A DNA stretch of 64,000 bases from Desulfosporosinus sp. (GCA_035648155.1 DASRMA010000125.1:1389-65388); one strand, 5' to 3'; shown: positions 28,968 through 39,640, counted from the stretch's first letter. A program made the numbers and translations. The notes: generated from the sequence alone by a model not told the origin.

Positions 28968-30083
28968 TTATAACGAGATAAATAACTTAACTGGCCGGCC
29001 AACTGCGCCGTATTTCTGCTCAGATTTTAAGACACCTCGTTGTTCCAGAAATTCGAGGTAGCGACGTACTGTGACCCTAGTGAGCTTAACGCCATCTGCC
29101 ACGTCCTCTGCAGAGAGGGCACGGCGGTTTAAGTTCAAAAATTGTATTATTTGGTCAAGAGTATCTTCATTCAAACCCTTAGGGAGCCCTTCTTCTCCGA
29201 TACACCAGGCAGTATTTAGGCCAGAAACTAGCTCCTTCTCATTTGCGGGAGTCGTCTCTATGGTTTCAATTGAGCCATTTTCTGAAGTGGTGTCCACCGC
29301 CCAGTCAATTCCCCCTTTAAACTTTTGAAGTTGCTCTACCATTTGATTAAAGGCATCCTCTAATTCTCCAATTTCCTTGGCATTGGAAACCTTGATTTTT
29401 TCTGTAAGATGTCCAGTTGCTAAATCCCTAGTTCCTAATGTAATGTTATGCAAGGGGTAAACGATCACTCGTTGCAGGAAAAACCAGGCGAGAAGAGCTA
29501 CCAACATTGTTAAGGTTAAACCTATTGCAACCATAGTAGTCAAAGAACGTCTAATAATTTTTTGTTCATAAGCATGAGAAATTCCTACATAAAAAATTCC
29601 AATTATGTTGCCGTTTTCTGCACGTAATGGAACATAGCCTGTTTGGTACCACTGGTCTACGACATTAGCCTCTCCTATATAAGTCTGCCCATTTTCCAAT
29701 ACTGTCTGGGCTACAGGATCAGAAACCTTAGTACCAATCGTTCGTTCGCCGTTTGAGCCACGAACTGTAGTTGCTACCCGCGTGTCCCCCATGAATACCG
29801 TTACACTATCCCCCGTTAGATCGGATAAGTGATCAACTAGATCATTGTTGAGGCTGATTTTAGTCGGCCCCTTATATAGGTTCCTCTCTTGCACTGACCA
29901 CACGCCAGGATATGTCTTATCAATAATTTCCCCACATGTTGCCAAATCTGTTTGCGCTTTGATGTTAGCGGCTGCCACGACACGATCATCCATATACCAA
30001 CCAACAACCATAACGAAGCTAACTGCCAGCAAAGCAAGCGAACCCAGTAGCAATATTAGAATCTACTGTTTGATTGAACGCAC
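28968..30083 (-). CDS. Cache-HAMP-HTH membrane-anchored one-component regulator; in-frame TAG at codon 7 (readthrough, pseudogene, or internal start 30053)
   Basis: TM, Cache (GDTRVATTV..GERTIGTK), TM, HAMP (EIGELEDAFNQM), CitB/DctR-type HTH (LPKGL..TRVTVRRYLEFL..YGAVGRP). Confidence 0.8.
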
Positions 30084-30286
30084 ACACGTTCACCTCTTTC
30101 GTCTATCTCGGTACCTTCTCAATAGAATCACTCACGCTATATTCTATTGAAAGTTGCTCTTCAATAACTGCTAGCTATAAGAATACCATTAATCAGCAAC
30201 TATTGATAATAGCATACAGTCAAAAAACCAAATGGTAAAGCCTAGGCAATTTTCAGCCTAGGCTTTACTATTCCACCTGTCGGAAA

Positions 30287-31426
30287 TTATTTGCTTCCAA
30301 GGGTATACAACAATGCTTCCAATTCTTTATCCTGAGCTAGTTTACTCTTAATTTGGGATTGAACGCCAAACTCAAAGATCAGAGGATATAAGCTTTTTAT
30401 TAAATTTGGAGGAAGTTGTAGTTCCTCCGCAAGGTTAACTAAGCGCTGAATGATCTCATTCTGACGGCTAGCGTCTTTGACCCGATCCAAGCGTTTTTGA
30501 TCCCCTATTTCTCGAACGATTTGCATACGATCTGCCAAAAGTTCGACGATACTTTGATCGACCCTGTCGATCTGGGTGCGTAAGGCTTCAAGGGTATCCC
30601 CTTTTCCACCAAATGTGAAAACTCTTTCAACTGATTCAGCGACCGCCCCTAGTTCCGCGGCTAGTTGAATAAACTGTTCAGGAGTCAATGACTGGGGTCC
30701 ATCGCTTACAGCTTCGGCGGGATTAGGGTGGGTTTCAATTAATAATCCATCCGCACCTGCTGCTATAGCAGCTTTAGATAAGGCGGCTATTAAGTCTCTC
30801 CTCCCAGCTGCATGACTCGGATCCACAATGACCGGTAGATGCGATAGCACTTTGGCCACTCCTACTGCACTTAAGTCCAGGGTGTTTCTAGTACTGGGCT
30901 CAAACGTGCGAATACCTCGTTCACAAAGGATAACTTGGGGATTACCAGCAGCTAAAATATATTCAGCTGCCAACAACCACTCCTCTATTGTTGCCGACAA
31001 CCCTCTTTTGAGGATAATGGGTTTCTTGCTCTTACCAGCTAATTTGAGGAGTTCATAATTTTGCATATTACGAGCCCCTATTTGGAGTATATCAACCTTA
31101 TTCGCCACTAATTCCAGACTAGACGCATCGACCACCTCAGTTACACACAGAAGGTTTTGTTCTTTAGCCGCTTGAACTAGATAATTAAGCCCCTCCATAC
31201 CCAAGCCCTGGAAACTGTAGGGAGATGTACGCGGTTTGAAAACCCCACCGCGTAAGATGCTCCCCCCCGCTTTTTTAACAGTTGCGGCTGATTGGCTCAT
31301 TTGAAGACTTGATTCCACTGCACAGGGTCCACCCATGAGGATAATATCTTTCCCTCCAATGGTTATCCCGTTGACCTCAATGGTACTTCTCGCACTTTTA
31401 AATCCAGCTAATTTCAAATTATTCAT
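30287..31426 (-). CDS. aroF: DAHP synthase (class I-beta) with C-terminal chorismate mutase-like domain
   Basis: GPCAVES, KPRTSPYSFQG, QIGARNMQN, DPSH; C-terminal LRTQIDRVDQSIVELLADR. Confidence 0.92.
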   Translation of the reverse strand: MNNLKLAGFKSARSTIEVNGITIGGKDIILMGGPCAVESSLQMSQSAATVKKAGGSILRGGVFKPRTSPYSFQGLGMEGLNYLVQAAKEQNLLCVTEVVDASSLELVANKVDILQIGARNMQNYELLKLAGKSKKPIILKRGLSATIEEWLLAAEYILAAGNPQVILCERGIRTFEPSTRNTLDLSAVGVAKVLSHLPVIVDPSHAAGRRDLIAALSKAAIAAGADGLLIETHPNPAEAVSDGPQSLTPEQFIQLAAELGAVAESVERVFTFGGKGDTLEALRTQIDRVDQSIVELLADRMQIVREIGDQKRLDRVKDASRQNEIIQRLVNLAEELQLPPNLIKSLYPLIFEFGVQSQIKSKLAQDKELEALLYTLGSK

Positions 31427-31509
31427 ACTAACCTCCCTCAAATATAAATTTGTGGGGTTTCCTTCTCTGCACGTTTCATTCATTTGGATAAAAAGAAGCC
31501 TAGGTACAT

Positions 31510-31747
31510 AATAATACGCCTGTCCTTCGATCAGGACAGACGTTAATCTGCTATACCACCTTAATTGATGCAGAGTGCCAACACACCCTTAGCCCAATAA
31601 CGCTGGCTTAGCGTTGGTCACTACTAAAGCCTAAGCTGTTTCGTTTCACCCTCTGGGGTCCATTTATCCGCTCCATTACTTGTCGAGATTCCACCTTACT
31701 CGACTCTCTGTGAAGTTGGGTTTGCGGTTTTACTTCCCCTTCAACGG
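31510..31747 (-). promoter_or_regulatory. T-box riboswitch, probable Trp (UGG) specifier
   Basis: Stem I AGAGAG/GGTGGAA motifs, specifier loop GATAAA-TGG-A, T-box AATTAAGGTGGTATAGC, terminator hairpin 31517-31542. Confidence 0.85.
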
Positions 31748-31980
31748 TTTAATATCATACTACCACCCCCTCAAACAAATTTCAAGGGTGAAATGAAGAA
31801 ACGGTTCGTACACTAAACAAATTCTTCACGGATATTTGAGCCAATAATAAATCGGTATCCTCAAAAATATATAGTTCTTCAATTGTTGAATTCAAAACTC
31901 TAAATAAGTAAACGCAAGTGTGTGCGCTGCGGGTTTGTGGTATATAATATATCAAAACAACTATCTCAAGGGAGTAGCAA

Positions 31981-32625
31981 ATGAAACTTAAAGGCTTTAT
32001 ATTTGATCTGGATGGGACCTTAATCAATTCACTCCCTGTAGTTCGCAACAGCCTTATTGCTACATTGTTGAAATTCAGTGGACGTGTTTACGCTGACAAG
32101 GAATTATTTCCTTTATATGGGCCTTCAGAGGAAGGCATCTTTAAAAAACTGTACCCTGATTCATGGAGAGAAGCTCTGGAATTTTATCTAGATGAGTATG
32201 ACCGGGTTCATATAGAATATGCTAAACCATTTCCAGGAATCTTAGAGGCTCTGACTCTATTGCAAGAGCGAAAAATGAAGTTGGCTCTTGTATCTGGCAA
32301 GGGGCCAAGAAGCATGGAAATTTCCTTAGAGCATTCCGGTTTAGAACATTTTTTCGAGTTGATAATAACCGGTTCTGAGCTCCGAGCGAGTAAACCTGAA
32401 CACATTAGACAAGTCCTAAAGCTATGGAATTTTTCACCAGAGGAAGTCGTTTATATAGGTGACATCGCCTATGATGTTCAATCTGCTAAAGAAGTCGGCG
32501 TTTTGCCTATTAGTGCACTCTGGGCTGAAACAGTTCAAGTTCAAAAAGTGTTAGCGGCGAATCCAGCTTTCGCCTTTGATACCGTGGAATCTTTCAACGA
32601 ATGGATTCTAAAGACGGTGAAGTGA
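31981..32625 (+). CDS. HAD superfamily hydrolase
   Basis: FDLDGTL, SKP, YIGDIAYD. Confidence 0.92.
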   Translation: MKLKGFIFDLDGTLINSLPVVRNSLIATLLKFSGRVYADKELFPLYGPSEEGIFKKLYPDSWREALEFYLDEYDRVHIEYAKPFPGILEALTLLQERKMKLALVSGKGPRSMEISLEHSGLEHFFELIITGSELRASKPEHIRQVLKLWNFSPEEVVYIGDIAYDVQSAKEVGVLPISALWAETVQVQKVLAANPAFAFDTVESFNEWILKTVK

Positions 32626-32901
32626 TTGGAGCAGAGCTATTTTGAAAGTGGGAATCTATCATGTTCATAGGGGCACGCACTATCAAGGCAGGAATTGCTG
32701 TAACAACATAACTTCCTTCTAAAAGCCGGATCCTCAAGAACTTGATACATTATTTGAGGAAGTGATTGCTCTTAATGAGAGCGCTCGGTACGAAATAACC
32801 GTTAAGGACAATCCACGCCTAATAGTCCTGAAATATAGTTTTGGAGAGGAAAGTTCCGAACCCTGTTGGAAGAGACACGAGTTTAAACTCGTGTCTCAAA
32901 G

Positions 32902-33408
32902 TTATCCTTTTGCAAGTCGCCATTTTTTCCAACGCGGTAAGAACGCCCGATCAATGCCCCAATAATAAGCGGACGCTCCAGCCCAAACGAGCAATACCTC
33001 TGACAATAACATAATTGCATTAGTACTGACCGTACCTGCAAAAAGATAATTAAAGTTCATAAGGATTCCAGCAAATAAGGCAATCGTTGTTAGAAAACCC
33101 AAAATCAAGGCAACTCCAACAAGGACTTCTCCCCATGCCACAATGTAACTAAATAACGTTGCATTAGGCAAGGCTATATTGCTAATAAATTCGCCGTACC
33201 ATCCCTGGACATCTGGGTGGCTTCCAGCAGTTTTAGCCAATGCCCCTTTAAGAAACCCCGTAATCGCTGTTCCCGCCTTGGGACCAACCCAAACTGCCGA
33301 TCCAGGTCCAAACGTCTTTCCAAGACCTGCACTTAACCATTGCCATCCAACATAAACTCTAAGGATGGTCCAAACCACCTGCATGAGCCTAGATTCTCTC
33401 CAAGCCAT
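32902..33408 (-). CDS. DoxX/TQO-like membrane protein
   Basis: LRVYVGWQWLSAG, GEVLVG, AGTVSTN; start after GGAGG. Confidence 0.88.
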   Translation of the reverse strand: MAWRESRLMQVVWTILRVYVGWQWLSAGLGKTFGPGSAVWVGPKAGTAITGFLKGALAKTAGSHPDVQGWYGEFISNIALPNATLFSYIVAWGEVLVGVALILGFLTTIALFAGILMNFNYLFAGTVSTNAIMLLSEVLLVWAGASAYYWGIDRAFLPRWKKWRLAKG

Positions 33409-33951
33409 TTTTACTACCTCCGATGATTTTTTCTTATCGATCCCCATTAGGATCTTGGTTAATATACCATAGAAGGGTTGATTCGATACATGGAATATAA
33501 TTTTTAATAAGCATGATATACACAGGTCTATCCAGTTCCCTCCTTTGCGTGATAATCCCGCCTTTAATCTTTAGTCAATTATTAATAACACTACAGTTTT
33601 ACACTACAACGCCTCTAATATGCGATTGATTCTTACATATTATTTCTAAATATGAAAACTATTATGTGGGACGAACATCCCACTTTTATCTTTTTACTTA
33701 TTTTACCCTCTAAATTCAGCCTTCTGCTCTGATATTCAGCTGAATCTATCTCACCCACGCGCATAACGTTCACTTAGGATGTTGGGATAATTAGAGATGT
33801 TTCTTATTGTTAATTACCCATTTCACAGAATCTCAACTAAAACCCCAATAAACTTTCACAATTTGGACCACTTTACTTAACATAGTTTAGTTATTCTAAT
33901 GGGAGTAGCCAGTATCATGACTAACTATATTAGTAACAGGAGGCTGTAATC

Positions 33952-35172
33952 ATGGAACACGAAGTTCTCCCAACACATCAAGACAATAACAAACCTTCCA
34001 ATCACTCAGACGGCAACAGCCAGGAAATCGAAATAATGCCCATTATCACACAGCAACAACCGATCCATAGTAAACCGAAAAAGAAATTTGTCGCCTTTGC
34101 TAGTCTCTGTGTCATTAGCGCTGCCATCGGTGGGCTTACAGCAGTGTCCGCTATTCCTTATATTTATCCCGTAACCATGTCCCCAATCCAAGCAGAGAAT
34201 ACATCATCGATTACCCCAGTTGCGTATACTGCAAACAAAACCAATTTCCCAGTAGCACAAATCTCTAAGAATGTGGGTCCCGCGGTGGTAGGTGTTTCTA
34301 ATTTCCAATCTGGTAGAAGTGCTTCTGGAGCCTCTGATCTTCAAGAAGCTGGAAGCGGTTCTGGTTTTATTATTGATGCCCAGAAGGGGTATATTGCCAC
34401 AAATAATCACGTGATTGAGGGGGCAAAGAAAGTCACCGTCAGTCTAAGTGACGGCCGCAATCTAGAAGCGAAAGTCATTGGTGCAGATCCACACACAGAT
34501 CTAGCGGTATTGCAGATTTCGGATGTGTCAAACCTCACTGCAGTGAATCTTGGAGATTCTTCGAAAGTTGAAGTCGGCGAACCAGTGGTCGCTATCGGAA
34601 ATCCAGGCGGGGACGACTTTGCACGTTCCGTTACCACAGGGGTCATCTCAGCAACCAATCGCACACTTCCCCTACAAGGTGAGGCAAGTTTTGATCTGCT
34701 CCAAACGGACGCAGCAATAAATCCAGGAAATAGTGGTGGTCCCCTCGTGAATTATCAAGGTCAAGTCATCGGCATTAACTCGGCAAAATACGCACAAAAA
34801 GGGTTTGAAGGGATGGGGTTCTCTATTCCTATTTCAAATGCCATGCCAACAATCCAGCAGTTAATCAAATTTGGTGTAGCTAAACACCCAGCGCTTTTAG
34901 TGAGTACAAACGATCAATACAACGCGTACGCTCAGAGTAACAATAAGCCCCAGGGAGCCTATATTTCAGTCGTGTCACCAAATGGCCCAGCAGCTAAAGC
35001 TGGAATTGTGAAAGGGGATGTGATCACCAAGATTAATAGCGCCCCAATTCAAAATTCTTCGACGCTTATTCATGAACTCTATAAAAACAATGTTGGAGAC
35101 AAAATATCCCTAACCTATATTCGTAATGGAGTGACAAAACAAGTTCAGGTTACCCTAGGCGAAATATCCTAA
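33952..35172 (+). CDS. htrA: HtrA/DegP serine protease with PDZ domain
   Basis: GSGSG, TNNHV, DLAV, QTDAAINPGNSGGPL. Confidence 0.93.
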   Translation: MEHEVLPTHQDNNKPSNHSDGNSQEIEIMPIITQQQPIHSKPKKKFVAFASLCVISAAIGGLTAVSAIPYIYPVTMSPIQAENTSSITPVAYTANKTNFPVAQISKNVGPAVVGVSNFQSGRSASGASDLQEAGSGSGFIIDAQKGYIATNNHVIEGAKKVTVSLSDGRNLEAKVIGADPHTDLAVLQISDVSNLTAVNLGDSSKVEVGEPVVAIGNPGGDDFARSVTTGVISATNRTLPLQGEASFDLLQTDAAINPGNSGGPLVNYQGQVIGINSAKYAQKGFEGMGFSIPISNAMPTIQQLIKFGVAKHPALLVSTNDQYNAYAQSNNKPQGAYISVVSPNGPAAKAGIVKGDVITKINSAPIQNSSTLIHELYKNNVGDKISLTYIRNGVTKQVQVTLGEIS

Positions 35173-35174
35173 CA

Positions 35175-36407
35175 TCATTTATTTCCCATCGCTTCAATTC
35201 TACTTAAGACCGGCGGATGTGTATATCCAAACCAAACAATGAACCCGGGTGGCGATACATCCGATAGATTCTTAGTGGCCAGATTAATTTGCAAACGTAC
35301 CACTGCCGAAGAATTTGCGGTTAAATCTAAAGAAACCTGGTCTGCCTGCTTCTCCATTTCCCTTGATATATAGTTTTGGAGCGGGTTTGTTACCATCAAA
35401 ATAAGCAGAAGATAAAGCTGCAAACCCGCCCAGTGACGTGGTGGACAAGATCCGGATTGAGGTGTAAGCCTGCGCAGGAAGAGAGCCATTAGTCTCCATA
35501 CAATAAAGTTCCCTAGTACTCCTAAACTTAGCCCCTTAATAATATGTCCCTTTTGCCAGTGCCCCATTTCGTGGGCTAAGACCGCCCTTACCTCGTTCAG
35601 CGAATAATTCTCAAGCAGATTGTCGTAAATGACGATCTGCTTAGTTGTTCCTAACCCTGTGAAATAAGCATTCGCCATCGTAGTTCGTCGGCTTGCGTCC
35701 ATTACGAGCACTTCTTCAACTTGAATTCCCGCCTTATTTGCTAAATCCTTAACCATGTTTATTACGACAGGATCTTTAACTGGTTCAAAGTGATTATACA
35801 TCGGAGATATTATAACCGGCCAGAGAAAATTCTGAAGCACAAGCCAAACGGAAAAAAGCGTAGCCCCGATAACCCACCATAGCTTTGGCCAGTGCTTAAG
35901 GATAAAAAAGAACATTAATACACCAAACGTTGATAAGAATAAATCGAGCGCTGCACTTCTAGCATAATCCAGCCACCAGGTAGCCAAAGTTTGGCTAGAA
36001 ACTCCCCAAGCCTCTTGCCAATAATAGCTCCCAAACAGCGTAAAAGGGAATCGTAGTATACGCAAAAATGACCACAGGAAGCAGAAATACACCAATATAT
36101 TCTTCCAATAGTGACCACAACTTCTTTCTTCCAACCACCCCGCGATCGTTGCACCTTGTCGACTGAATACTAACCACCCCAAAGCAGTCGCTTGCAGAAT
36201 AAAACTGGTAATGAATAATATCCTGGGCACAAAACTATAGGCTCGGGCAGTATAAGCTTGTTCTAAGGAAAAGTACCGCAGAGCAGCAGGATTAATCTGC
36301 CCGGGATAAAGTGCACTTCCTAGATAAAGAGCGCTAAATCCCCCGGCTAAGACTATTAGGCCCAGCCATAGACTGTTCATTTTTCGATCCAAAGTTCTCC
36401 ACCTCAA
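35175..36407 (-). CDS. M48 (Ste24-type) zinc metallopeptidase
   Basis: NAYFTG, AVLAHEMGH, EKQAD, THPP. Confidence 0.92.
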   Translation of the reverse strand: MRWRTLDRKMNSLWLGLIVLAGGFSALYLGSALYPGQINPAALRYFSLEQAYTARAYSFVPRILFITSFILQATALGWLVFSRQGATIAGWLEERSCGHYWKNILVYFCFLWSFLRILRFPFTLFGSYYWQEAWGVSSQTLATWWLDYARSAALDLFLSTFGVLMFFFILKHWPKLWWVIGATLFSVWLVLQNFLWPVIISPMYNHFEPVKDPVVINMVKDLANKAGIQVEEVLVMDASRRTTMANAYFTGLGTTKQIVIYDNLLENYSLNEVRAVLAHEMGHWQKGHIIKGLSLGVLGNFIVWRLMALFLRRLTPQSGSCPPRHWAGLQLYLLLILMVTNPLQNYISREMEKQADQVSLDLTANSSAVVRLQINLATKNLSDVSPPGFIVWFGYTHPPVLSRIEAMGNK

Positions 36408-36467
36408 CTCTTCCTAGTACTTAGAATCATACCACATCCCCCTTAATTTCTGAGCTTTTTATTTTTG

Positions 36468-36582
36468 AGTGAACTCGTTCAGCTTAAGCTGAACATCGAA
36501 ACTTCAGTAGGGGATTCTACCCCCACTGAAGCGACGTAGAACGCTCCCACTTATAGAAGTGGGAGTCTTACGATTAGATAAA
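36468..36582 (+). mobile_element. MITE-like repeat copy
   Basis: AGTGAACTCGTTCAGCTTAAGCTGAAC..CTCCCACTTATAGAAGTGGGAG. Confidence 0.8.
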
Positions 36583-36664
36583 TCATAGGTTGTGGGTGTG
36601 ATTAAAATGGATTCAAGTAATGACGATTAAGAAAAAAACGTCCCAAGAAGAAAAAAATTCAGAG

Positions 36665-36705
36665 AAGAAAGCCATTGCCTGGTAAGACAAGCAATGGCTT
36701 TCTTT
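36665..36705. terminator. Hairpin/terminator
   Basis: AAGAAAGCCATTGC..GCAATGGCTTTCTT. Confidence 0.6.
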
Positions 36706-36959
36706 AACGCAGAAACGGAAACAATGGATTTGGGCAGACAAGCCAGCAGATATTTGTGTAGAACCCAACTGATACAAATAATAATATCACCAAATATCAC
36801 AGCTTCGGAGCCATCAAATATGAAGATCTTGGGATGAACCAGCTACGAATCCTTTGGAGATAAAGAATCAAACAATTATTAATTTAATCAAGAAATAACT
36901 ACCGGAACTAACAAAGTAGCTATGAAATAAATGAGCACACCCATTATGAATTCGGCTGT

Positions 36960-37025
36960 CATCGAAACGACTTGGTCAGACCATACGAGACTTTCATTCC
37001 AGAGACTACACCATGCCGGACGCAC
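36960..37025 (-). mobile_element. 5' remnant of a group IIC intron
   Basis: Begins GTGCGTCCGGCATGGTGTAGTC..TGAAAGTC immediately after a terminator U-tract; no RT ORF or domain V seen; 3' limit approximate. Confidence 0.7.
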
Positions 37026-37026
37026 T

Positions 37027-37067
37027 AAAAAAAACACCACTTTTCTAATCTAAAGTGGTGTTTTTTT
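37027..37067 (-). terminator. Intrinsic terminator (intron target site)
   Basis: AAAAAAACACCACTTT..AAAGTGGTGTTTTTTT. Confidence 0.8.
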
Positions 37068-37102
37068 CAGTTTTTAGTCGGCAATGAATAATTTTCCAGA
37101 GA

Positions 37103-37267
37103 TCAACTATGCTTTAACAGATTTGTTAAAGATCCACTTTTTTCTCCGAAGATTGTGTGGAATTTGTTGTAAACTTGATGACAAAAACTTATTATGATTT
37201 TAACACTTGCAATTGCTAATAGTACCATCAGCGCTATTAAAAACCAAGTAAATATTGTATCCGCCAT
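37103..37267 (-). CDS. 54-aa single-TM small protein (not in ORF track)
   Basis: MADTIFTWFLIALMVLLAIASVKIIISF..; RBS AAGGGGGA; downstream terminator. Confidence 0.65.
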   Translation of the reverse strand: MADTIFTWFLIALMVLLAIASVKIIISFCHQVYNKFHTIFGEKSGSLTNLLKHS

Positions 37268-37611
37268 TCTTTATTCCCCCTTATTTTACCTATGGAATAT
37301 GCTCACTATTATTATAGCAGAGTAAAATAGAAAAAGAAAGTGATAGTTCTCACTTTCTCTAAGTCTAACTCTTCTGACTTCTTAAACTATTATGTTAATT
37401 TTGAAAGGTGTGCATAAACATTGTGCTTGTTTGCTTTGCTTTACCTACGAGCCCTAACAAGCCGTATCCCCAAATATAACCAGACAGTCTTGCAGAGATA
37501 GAAAGGCACTGTTATTTTACGCCAGACATGCTAAAATCAAGTATGCAATGGATATTGCTCGTCAGCAGTCCCAGAAATATAAAACATTCTTGAATGTGCC
37601 CAAGATAGGAG

Positions 37612-38364
37612 ATGGAGCGATTGTTAAGTATAGCTGAAAGAGTTGTAGAATTAATCAATCATACAACTAATACTGCAGACACCCTAACCCAATACCGCAA
37701 ACCACTGGTCGGGTTCGCTTCTGCCCAGGACCCTTTATTTGACCAAATGAAGGAAATTATAGGTCCTCATCATTTGCATCCAACTGAACTCCTCCCAGAT
37801 GCGCAAACAGTGATCGCTTTCTTCTTGCCATTTGCAAAGGCAATTGTAATTGCGAATCGAGAAAGTCCCCAGATTGCTAGCGAATGGGCTGTCGCTTATG
37901 TTGAGACAAACAAACTCATTGCGACAATTAGTTCGGAGCTAAACAAAGAATTAATGGCCCTTGGTATAAATGTGGTGACCCAACCCGCTACTCATAATTT
38001 CAATGAACAGGATCTTACTGCATGTTGGTCTAATAAAAGCGTAGGCTTCGTTGCTGGGTTAGGAACCTTCGGCCTTAACCATATGCTCATTACCCCCTCT
38101 GGCTGCGCCGGTCGTTTTGGTAGCACCGTCATTTCTGCTAAAATTCCACCGACTCCCCGACCTACACTGGAGAACTGTCTTTATATTAGAGACTCCAAAT
38201 GCCAGTTTTGTGTCAACAACTGTCCCACCGGAGCGTTAACGGTTCGTGGCCTGGACAAACATAAATGCTATGCTCAACTACTAGACGTGGACAAACAATT
38301 CCCAGGCTTAGGGTTATGTGATGTTTGCGGCAAATGTGCTGTAGGACCCTGTTCGTCAATGTAA
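37612..38364 (+). CDS. QueG/epoxyqueuosine reductase-like 4Fe-4S protein
   Basis: VGFASAQDPLF, AGLGTFG, GRFG, CQFCVNNCP, CDVCGKC. Confidence 0.8.
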   Translation: MERLLSIAERVVELINHTTNTADTLTQYRKPLVGFASAQDPLFDQMKEIIGPHHLHPTELLPDAQTVIAFFLPFAKAIVIANRESPQIASEWAVAYVETNKLIATISSELNKELMALGINVVTQPATHNFNEQDLTACWSNKSVGFVAGLGTFGLNHMLITPSGCAGRFGSTVISAKIPPTPRPTLENCLYIRDSKCQFCVNNCPTGALTVRGLDKHKCYAQLLDVDKQFPGLGLCDVCGKCAVGPCSSM

Positions 38365-38512
38365 TGGAGCCTTATTTATATTCTGGTCACGCAAGAAATG
38401 CCCCCCCTTTGATCGGTGGAGGGCATTTTTTTCGTTCCGTTCTATTTGACACGTCCACTCAAATAGATTTTAATTGTAGGGAACATTTTTATAGAAGTCT
38501 GGGGAGGAAGTA

Positions 38513-39550
38513 TTGGTGAAGTTTCTTAATTTATTACTTTTAGCTATACCTATCAGTTTTTTTCTACAGTTTTCGGATTACTCGCCTGTCCTCCTATTTG
38601 TGACTGCTGGTTTGAGCATAATTCCCCTTGCCGGCTATATGGGTAAAGCCACTGAAGAAATAGCCATCTATGTTGGTCCAAGAGTTGGTGGCTTGTTGAA
38701 TGCTACCTTTGGTAACGCGGCGGAGCTCATCATCACAATTTTCGCCCTAAAGGCGGGCCTGTATGAAGTGGTCAAGGCCTCCATAACTGGGTCAATCATC
38801 GGCAATCTTCTCTTGGTCTTAGGCCTAAGCATGCTGCTTGGCGGATTTAAGTATAAGACGCAAAAATTCAATAGAGCAGCAGCTGGTATGCATACTTCGA
38901 TGCTGCTGATGGCTGTTACAGGCTTAATCATTCCCGCAGTGTTTCTGCAATCCCACACTAATCCCGCGGCAGAGTCCTTCAGTCTAGGAGTTGCCGCCAT
39001 CTTAATGCTCGTTTATATTCTTAGTTTAATCTTTTCTCTTCATACCCATAAAGATGTTTTCCGCCCAAGTCTAGAACATTCTGAAACTCCAAACTGGTCA
39101 AAACCGAAAGCCTTGTTGATTCTACTCGTTGCTACCCTTTTTGTTGTCATCGAGAGTGAATTTCTGGTGGCAGGAATCGAACCTGTAGTTCAAGCTCTGG
39201 GCATCAGCGAGCTTTTCATTGGAGTCATTGTGATCCCTATCATTGGGAATGCTGCTGAGCATTCCACCTGCGTTATTATGGCACTAAAGAATAAAATGGA
39301 AATCAGTCTGGAAATCGCCATTGGTTCAAGCAGCCAGATTGCGCTTTTTGTTGCACCCCTGCTGGTATTTTTGGGCTACTTTATGGGCCGACCCCTCGAC
39401 TTAATATTTACCAGTTATGAACTTGTCGTCATCATCATGGCTACTGTTATTACTGCGATGATTAGCATGGATGGTCGCTCTAACTGGCTAGAAGGCGCTC
39501 AACTTTTATCCGCCTATGCCATTATGGCACTAGCGTTTCTCTTTGTGTAG
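38513..39550 (+). CDS. cax: Calcium/proton exchanger
   Basis: NATFGNAAE and GNAAEH repeats, NWLEG. Confidence 0.93.
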   Translation: MVKFLNLLLLAIPISFFLQFSDYSPVLLFVTAGLSIIPLAGYMGKATEEIAIYVGPRVGGLLNATFGNAAELIITIFALKAGLYEVVKASITGSIIGNLLLVLGLSMLLGGFKYKTQKFNRAAAGMHTSMLLMAVTGLIIPAVFLQSHTNPAAESFSLGVAAILMLVYILSLIFSLHTHKDVFRPSLEHSETPNWSKPKALLILLVATLFVVIESEFLVAGIEPVVQALGISELFIGVIVIPIIGNAAEHSTCVIMALKNKMEISLEIAIGSSSQIALFVAPLLVFLGYFMGRPLDLIFTSYELVVIIMATVITAMISMDGRSNWLEGAQLLSAYAIMALAFLFV

Positions 39551-39586
39551 CAGGACATATGCCTGAGTAATGCGTTCTGAATATAA

Positions 39587-39638
39587 AATTACATTAAAAG
39601 CCGCTACGAGAAATCTCGAGCGGCTTTTAATGTAATTT
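39587..39638. terminator. Bidirectional intrinsic terminator
   Basis: AATTACATTAAAAGCCGCT..AGCGGCTTTTAATGTAATT. Confidence 0.8.
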
Positions 39639-39640
39639 AT

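Noticed and set aside
32762..32965. 67-aa plus-strand ORF
   Set aside because: Overlaps the doxX 3' end and has no recognisable family; possibly a gene remnant
37612..38364. Reductive dehalogenase
   Set aside because: Too short, no Tat signal and no rdhB anchor; fits a QueG-like protein
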